Part shown: piece by piece, positions 55,589 to 64,000 of the stretch
How the letters are laid out: each line of letters starts with the position of its first letter
Position numbering within the stretch: position 1 is the stretch's first letter
NCBI RefSeq assembly: GCF_009914755.1
Contig: NC_060926.1
Length of the DNA stretch: 64,000 nucleotides
Origin: the human T2T-CHM13v2.0 reference genome, Homo sapiens
Direction: 5' to 3' (one strand)
Made by a program: the position numbers and the translations under genes
Notes under the pieces: generated by a model
Told to the model about the DNA's origin: nothing
Seen by the model: the letters and a program-made list of their open reading frames with translations, nothing else
Database searches by the model: none

Positions 55589-57984
55589 GAAGCCAGCCTG
55601 GTGAGGAAGCCCTCTCATGAAAGGGCACAGTAAGGCACTTCCAGTTCTAAAGTTCTCATATCCCATTGATATGTACTTTCAACCCACCTTCCTTACCTGT
55701 GGTGATCATTTCTTCATTTTCAGTCCTGGTTTAGAAATACTTAATTGTGCTAGACTCTCTGCCATTTACTATAGTTCAATTCTTCTGAAAGCTGTAATCA
55801 AGGGTGGTCAGTGGTTTATTAGCCTTGTGGGAATCCCCCTACTCCCCGCCCTTTAACCCAGCTGTAAAGTATCTCATTAGCCCAAAGCTCATCTGATACC
55901 TATACTCATCTATTTTACCCTGTGATAGGCCAATCCACTAATTTTACATTTTCTTATCTTTTCCCTAAGAAACTGAAAATTTTAACACATCACACTAAAA
56001 GAATATCCTGTTTTGTTGTGTCATTAATTCTACTAAATTACGATATCCCTGATGTTTTCTTTCCATACATTTTTGTTCCCATTCTTTTTGATATGCCAAG
56101 CTTGTTGATGTAACACATGACATAATAATTGCTACAGCAAGAGAAATCACCTACCAACATTTCCAGTACTTTCTCAAGTCTTATCTAACCCAAATCCCAA
56201 CATTATCCCAACAAGTCACTCCATATATTTTGATCCAAGTTATGGCTACCTGACCACGTCTGTCTGTACTGTTCATTTTTCTTGTAAGCAGGTCTAGGTG
56301 TGCAGAGGTAGAATCATGTTCAAACAAAACTAGATACAAGCAGCTTACAAAACTAAATAAACAATGTACAGTACTGAGTTTTGAGATAAAAATGGGTAGA
56401 ATATACATAGATAAGCATAGAAAACAGACTAAAATATACATTTAAACATTATCTGTGTTGCTATTGTGGGGGCAAGATTATCAATCTTTAAAAAATTATT
56501 GCTCTTTGAATTTTAGCAGTTCAATATTTTATATGTATTATTTTACGATATAAATAATTCATATGTAGATATAATCTATAAATAGATACAATACTTAAAT
56601 AAATACAATATGTAAATAAATACATATTTCTCAATAAGTTCTAAAATAGGTTAATAGAAAATCATGATATAAAATTTATTTCATTCATTATCCCAGAAAT
56701 AGAGTGATTACATTCTATAATATGAAAAAGACATATAGACCTTTATCACTTACAACAAAGTCACTTCTATAATTTCTTTTTGAACATTCATTTTTTCTAT
56801 CCATCAACCCAGAAGAATAAGTGCACTCAGATTTGTGTTTCTTCTTTGCCAAAATGTGAGGTATATGAAATCCTACCTTTATTAATATTATGAAACATGC
56901 CAAAATATACACTTTCAAATTAGTATTATGTTTCAGTCTTCTCAGCCAAGAAACAGGTAGTACCCTAACTGAACAATTTTAACAAAAAGGCCTTTTGAGA
57001 TGTGGTGATGCTATTAACAGATGCGCCACAACAAAATCCTGAGTTATTGGCTATCTTCAAGTCTAAAACAAGGCATTCCATATTGTGATTTATAATTTTA
57101 AGTGGACTCAGCAATCATCCCTCCCAGGAGAGTTGAAATCAAATCCATCACAGACAATTAAGGTAAACAATCAATGCTACCAAGAAAAATACAATTCCCA
57201 AAAGTAGATCGAAACTGCTCACGGACAAATGCTCAAATGAAACATTTTTACTCCTTCTCACTATGTGGAGAGACCAATCTAAATTACCATTGTCATAAAA
57301 TATTTTATCATCAAAATGCAAAGGATAAGCAATCTGAAATAAGCAATGCAAGAGAAGTCTAGTGTTGCATTTTAATAAAAGCATTAAAAGTAACATCTGG
57401 GGTGCGCATATCAGCTTTTTTGATGTCAAAGATAAATTACTATTCCACAAGGACAATAGCTCTAACTTCCACCATTAATGGAGAAAGAAAATAAAGAAAA
57501 ACAACATTGATTAAGGGCATTATTTATAAATGTGGAGGTAATGTTCAAGTTGAGATTTCACGGCATTTCTTATGGGCTCAGAGCAAATTGTACAAGATTA
57601 AGAGAAATGTTAATATCCAAATAGAAATACTTTCCAGATTCAGTCCCCTGCTGCTACCATCCCAGTCTTCTTACTGAACTCTAAGCCCACTACTGCTCCC
57701 ATGCTTGGTCCCTATTCCTCTCACTCACCTTGCTCCTCCTATTCAAACCTTAGTCATCTTCCAAAACACAGGTTAAGACTTACCTCTTTCCTAAAACTGT
57801 TCTCTTCCACAGCAATATTTGCCTTTTATAACCCCTTCTGTACCCACTCTCCATTGTTTATAACCCCTTATATACTTTCTGTGCAGATGGAGAGATCTTT
57901 TACTGGTTTCTATGTATTGACTATGTAACCACAATTAAATGGTAAGCTGCTTGAAGGCAAGCCCTATGTTTATTCACTGAGTCC

Positions 57985-58760
57985 CTGAATGTTTCCTTCA
58001 ACATCGTTGTTATAATATTGATGAGAAAAAATTGATTCCGGGCCAGGGCCACGGTCTGTGTGCAGTTAGCACATTCTCCCCTTGTCTGAGTGGGTTTTCT
58101 TCGGGTACTCTAATTTCCTCCCACATCCCAGAGATGTTCCCATTAGGTGAATTGGTTTGTCTACATAGTCCCATTCTCAGTGAGTGTGAGTGTATGAGTG
58201 CACCCTATGATGGAATGGTGTCCTGGCCAGGGCTGGTTCTGTTCTTGTGCCCTGATCTGCTGGGATAGGCCCTGGCCACCTCCACCCTGAAATGGAATAA
58301 GTGGGTTTAAAAATGAATACAAATGATTGACAAGTAAACATTTGTCAAGTATACTATAATTCTACAAATGCACTACAATAAACAATGTAGTCCAAGAGTG
58401 CTTAGCAAGCCACCATATTTGTTATTGGTTGTTTTCTAGCTTCTTGGTGGAAGGAAGTGATCTTTAAAATTTTTGTTTTGTAAACACCGATTCCTTGATT
58501 TAATTTATCACCACCATGACTGCTCTCATTCACCAATTCACCAAAATTGGTTAAATCCCTACCTTACTTGTTTTGATTCTTCTTTTCTTAAATATATGTA
58601 TAGCTCAATTTTTAACATTAGAAATGTGTTGGGTCTTTATTTAGAAGTTTGGTGATGTTTTTGTGACCAGAAATATGCCATTGGAGTATGTTTTTTTTAC
58701 ACCAATTAGCCCATGGTAAAATTGGTTTTGTTTTACATTGTTTCACTTAAAGTTGTTAAT
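57985..58760 (+). mobile_element. MER6-like TcMar-Tigger element
   Basis: ttgatgagaaaaaattgattccgggccagggccacggtctgtgtgcagttagcacattctcccc...tttcctcccacatccc. Confidence 0.85.
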
Positions 58761-58761
58761 T

Positions 58762-59130
58762 CTGAGACTAAAATCAGTGTGCAGGAAGTTTGAACTCAGA
58801 ATCAGAACATGCAGGGAAGGCAGAGAGAGAAATCAGGTTATGGTAAAGGCATAACAAGAATTCAGCTGACCCTATAAGGAGCTCTGAAATTCAGCTGGAG
58901 CATAAAAGCTGTTCCCCATTGCAGTTGGGAGCCGGGCCTTTATATTCCCTTACCCACATCACAGGTCACAGGATGCTGGCTACCCCAGAAAGGGACGTGA
59001 TCTTGGGGGAGATAGCCAACTCTGGCCAAGGCTAACCAGGTGAGACTGAGAGCTGAGGACAGTCTCCCAGAAATTAAACAAACAGGCTGTTACTTCCTGG
59101 GTGGGGAGTCCATGCAGCACATCACATCAC
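58762..59130 (-). mobile_element. Old ERVL-type LTR fragment
   Basis: ctgagac...gtgcaggaagttt...tcagctgaccctataaggagctctg...gggcctttata. Confidence 0.5.
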
Positions 59131-59339
59131 TTGTCTAACCTTCCTTTTATATGATACATTGTTGTGAATGTCACCTAGTTTGTTTGTTTGCTTACATTTA
59201 AACTTTCATTTCTGCATTCCATTCTCCTTTTCGCTTTGAGGTGACTTCTGAGAGGAAAAGTATAGGGCCTTCTGGAGAGTGAACTACTATAGTTCTACTA
59301 CATTGGTGCAATTGCATGCAATTGTTGAGGACCATTTGA

Positions 59340-59722
<383 letters not shown>

Positions 59723-60396
59723 CCCAAAAGAACTTTTCCTCAGAAACCATAAGAGAATTGAAGATGTACTTTCAAATACCAAAGCTGATGGATGGCAGTG
59801 GGGCAGATTGGTAATTGATCAGCCAAAAAGACCTGATACTTATGCCAGAGAACTGTAGGCTGAAGTCCCCAATTATCTTACTGTGAAATTTCATCTAGCT
59901 TTAATAATCATGTAAACATTCGAAGTTATTACCACCAACCCCTACACAGGCCAAATTTATCCAAAAAACACCTCTCCCATATGAACTATCAAATCTGTGT
60001 CCATAATGACACAACATGCATACTGAAGGCACTTAAAACAATAACTTCAGGTCCACTCATAGGTGCCATGGGCTCCATTAGTTGCACTGAAATACTAATT
60101 TTCTAAAAGATACCACAGAGACTTTTAGAAGTCTATTGACCTTCAAAAAATGAGTCTTCCCACTGTATCCTCTTGCAGATCAGATGTAATGTAATGTATT
60201 TCAGCTCGTTTCAAGAATAACGGCAGGTCTACTCTTAAGAAGTAGTGTAAGTAAAGAGACATTTAAAAAATTAAAGCAACATTAAAAGTGGAGGCTAAAT
60301 ATTGGAGAGCATATCTTGGAAAAATAAAATTTGTTGCATCTTAGCAAAATCAGTGAATCAGTCAATACCCCTGCTCAAGTAAATAAAGGATTTATG

Positions 60397-60606
60397 GCAG
60401 ATCTAATAATACAGACAATAAGCTCAGACAATAAGCAAATGGACCAGGAAGTGCAGGAAGTTGAAGCTTCAGGACACCTCATTGCCACTTGACCCTAGGT
60501 CACTTTAAAGACCCTATATTTACTTTCAAAGTTCTGTATTATTTTTCATAAAGAGGACCCCCAAAGTTGTATAAACCTGTTGCACAAAACCTGAATACTC
60601 CACCTG
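60397..60606 (+). mobile_element. MER53-like hAT element
   Basis: gaagcttcaggacacctc...taaagaggacccccaaagttgtataa...caaaacctgaatactccacctg. Confidence 0.6.
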
Positions 60607-61279
60607 CTAAAAGCCTATAGAAATACAAAAAGCTAGTATTATGTGAAAAAGTAAGAGGTATTTGTGTCTCATGGTGATTTCCATCCCCCACATACAATAG
60701 TCACTCTTTGGATATCCTGAAATAAAATGTCACAAAATATGCATCTATGATATGAAACACCTAACTCAACGCTGAGAATTGTCATCATAGCAACCAATTT
60801 AGATACTCAGGTTAAAAAGCGAATACATGTGAAGGTAAGTAGTATTTTTTAAACAATTTTTTTTGTTTAAACAGGTATTGAGTTGAACACATACTATGGG
60901 CTATGCACAGTATTAGGCCTTCGGGAAATAAATTTCAAATGAACAGCAGAGTTCGAATGAGCAGAAGCACTTTGTTTGAAATATGAATAGGCAATGTGCA
61001 AAAATTACAGCTTTAACCAATAAGCCTATAGTCTTTATGAATTTGGAGGAAATAAAAATAAAAAGACTTCTAAAGAAACATCTATGTGTCATAGGATTTT
61101 TTATTTATGTCATCATAGAAGTTTAATGCTCTGTAATGCATTTTCTATCTCTTCCATCTATTTGGCCTCACACACACATAGGCCATACTTTTTATTGAGG
61201 GTTAATGACTTTGGGGTCACGATTCTGCAAGATGGACGTGCCAACAGCATTGGAGAGCAAGTAGAGCAGTAACAAGTAA

Positions 61280-61930
61280 ATCATTCATTCATTCATTCAT
61301 TCTTTCAACAAGTGTATGTTAAGTACAGCGTCTGCCATGTGCCATGCACTGTGCTATGTGCCAGACACGCACTAGTGGGCAGAGAATGAATAACAATTTT
61401 AATACATCTGATTACAGATTATAAAATGAGATAAACAGGATGTCTTGAGGATATATGGGAAAACTATGGAATCCAGAGATAACTGAGAGGAAGTTCAGAA
61501 AAGACTTCCCAGAGTAAATGATATCTCACTTGAATCCCCAAAATAGCAAAAGTGTTCCACGGGTTGAAAAACAGTCAAAATATTTAGAACATAGAATGGA
61601 TTGAGAGAAGATAGAATGGGGTAGGAGAAAGCCAGATCACCAAAACTCTGCCTTTTCATTTTAAGGGATTTGCAGTTTACCTAAGGACAATAAAAAGAAA
61701 GATACTATGATATTTGGAAGCAGCCCTGAATCAACATTCTGTCTCCAATAAAAATTAAATGATGTGAACTAAAGCGTAATATTTAACTTGTCAGAGCCTC
61801 AGTTTTTTCATCAGTAATGGATGAATAATAACTTATTAAATGATGTTGTGTGAAGCAAATATGATAATAGATGAGAAAGTAGTATGGAAAAAAATGTATA
61901 GACATGTTCTACAACTATAAGATGCCATTA
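61280..61930. mobile_element. Antisense L2 fragment with (TTCA)n tail, followed by MIR
   Basis: tcattcattcattcattc...tgtgccatgcactgtgcta; taacttgtcagagcctcagttttttcatcagtaa. Confidence 0.65.
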
Positions 61931-64000
61931 TTGCATGAATGATTGTGAATTGCGTTTAGGAAATGACATCAAAATTGAAGACAAAGTGCAATGATAACCA
62001 AAGGCCACTCAACCAAGAGGAACTATGCTTTCTTCAATGCAGTTGATGTATGGCAGAGGATAAAGTGTGACAGCACAGCCAGTGCAGTCAGCACATTCCA
62101 CTGCATCACAGCACGCGGCGTGGCAATGCAACCAGGTCTTTTTCCAACTCCACAAAGATCCAAGGGTATTCAGAAGGACTTTGCTGAATTCACACATTTT
62201 GCAGTGCAGTCATGCATGTTGGGAAGGTTCTATGTGTAATCCTATGAAGGTTACTTTTCTAAATTAAAAGGATAACACTGAGGGACATATTAGGATTCAA
62301 TCATCATAAACATACTAGCAGATTGAGAGCTTCTCTCTGTCTCTCTAATCAAATTTAACACTATAGTGATCCTGTAAGTTTGAAGTGAATATTAACTCCA
62401 TTTGAGAAACTGAAGTTAAGACAAGTAGCTTGTTTAATATTATACCACCAATAAGTGTTTGAAATGATATTTGAACCCATCATTGTCTGACTCCTCTATC
62501 ATGTACAAACTTACGTAGTAAGATACAGCACCATGAGAAATATAGAGACTTGTACTTCTGGGTTAAAATAGTGTCTCCAATGCAATGCAATCATCCCCAA
62601 ATAAACACTCTCCTGTCAATTAGAACAAGGGGAAAGGCAAAAAGTACTATCAAAAAATACTGCTAAAAATTAAGATATATACATAGAATAGCACTAGACT
62701 CTAGGAGGATTTCCTTTCAATGTAAGATTATTTGGATTTTGATTTAGAAAGACTCATGAAATTGAATGTAAATCAACCGAAGTTCAACCAGGCCTTACTG
62801 CCATAAGCCTCCTTTGAAGTCATAAAAATGCATCCCTATGTACCCCAAAGCTGTATTTCATTTTGAAAGATAATTAGATTGATAAGATATTTGTGTAAAC
62901 ATAAAGCATTTGGATTTTAGCCAGACATTGGACAAGGCCTGTTATTTTAGACTTGTGGATAAGTTGAAGGAACATGAATGAGTAACTTTAAAGTATACAT
63001 AATTCAACCATACACTCAGTGGGAAATGCTTAATGGATTGATAGCCACTTGTACAACTAGTAGCTGCTTTGTATTAATATCCCAAAAGGGAAAATGTTTA
63101 CCAAATTATAAAATGGCAGCAAATGAGAAATAAGATCTCACTGGTTTGACTGCAGAATCAGCGCCTGCAAGTACTGAATAATATGAAATGTTAATAGGGA
63201 CAAATAAAACTCCTCTGGAAACCAAAAACTAAGTGCAACAGTATTGGAGTGAAAATTACTGACGGTCAATTATCCATATCAAGAGTTCACTTTAGAGAAC
63301 ACAGTGGAAAGGAAGGCAATAGGTCTCTGCAGACCGTGGCGTGGAGATATCAAAGTAGGCAATGACAAGTCAGTTACTGAAATAAAATCACAGTGCCTAT
63401 AACCTCGAAGCAAGATTCTCACTGTCACATGCAACAGTGTGCCCTGTTCAGTACTCCACCTCTAAAGACACCACTGGCGAATTAGAAGAGAACAGGTTGA
63501 TCAAGAGCTGAAAACCAAGTACATAATTAAAATGCCAAGAAATTCAAGTCAAAAGGCAAGATCTTTAAGTCTAAAATCACCAGAAGACTCTCTTGCTTCT
63601 TTTGATAGTAAATCTGTCGTTTCATTATGGGTAAATGGTGGTCTGGCAATGTTTGTGTGGTGGCAGCAATTGAGAGGACGTGGAGAGAATGCGTTGTAAT
63701 AATGAGTGAACACCTCTATAAAATCCCTGAAATTCCTCCTCTGAATGAGGCTTGGGACATCACATTGCTTGCTCTCATGAGGTTCACAGGCTCTGAGGGC
63801 TCAATAAAACCTTCTAAGTTGTACAAATATCTTTGCCTTTTTTATATTACCCTGAGCCCCTAAGGAATTGTGCAATAAGAGAAAACTCCTTATCTTGGTA
63901 ACAAAAGACATTCATAAACATTTGATGAATAAGTTAATAAAAGATAATTAATTCTGCGAGGGTAGAGAGGCAGAGCATTCTTACCAGACTACCCTAAAAT

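Noticed and set aside
60770-60840. Perfect plus-strand donor AAG|GTAAGT
   Set aside because: No convincing nearby acceptor or reading frame; isolated donors are expected by chance

Overview
AT-rich, CpG-depleted primate genomic DNA, most likely human given an AluYb8 and an AluYa5. It is intergenic or deep-intronic. I can support no protein-coding exon: the ORF-track entries are chance ORFs or lie inside Alu, L1, L2 or LTR relics. The window is mostly interspersed repeats: about 14 Alu/FLAM copies, L1 fragments of several ages, L2, MIR, ERVL/MaLR and ERV1 LTRs, and Tigger/hAT DNA transposons. It also holds two adjacent full-length U6 snRNA retropseudogenes. The most notable observations are repeated reuse of the same L1 target site (triple TSD copies near 30.0-30.5 kb and 54.2-54.8 kb), a probable old L1 3' transduction, a degenerate 36-bp tandem array, a possible retrocopied 3'UTR at 2.6-3.8 kb, a decayed Penelope/hammerhead-like motif, and a few motif- or CpG-rich unique blocks that may be enhancers. 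I see no convincing novel biological system. Repeat subfamily names come from recalled consensus sequences, and boundaries of old elements are approximate.
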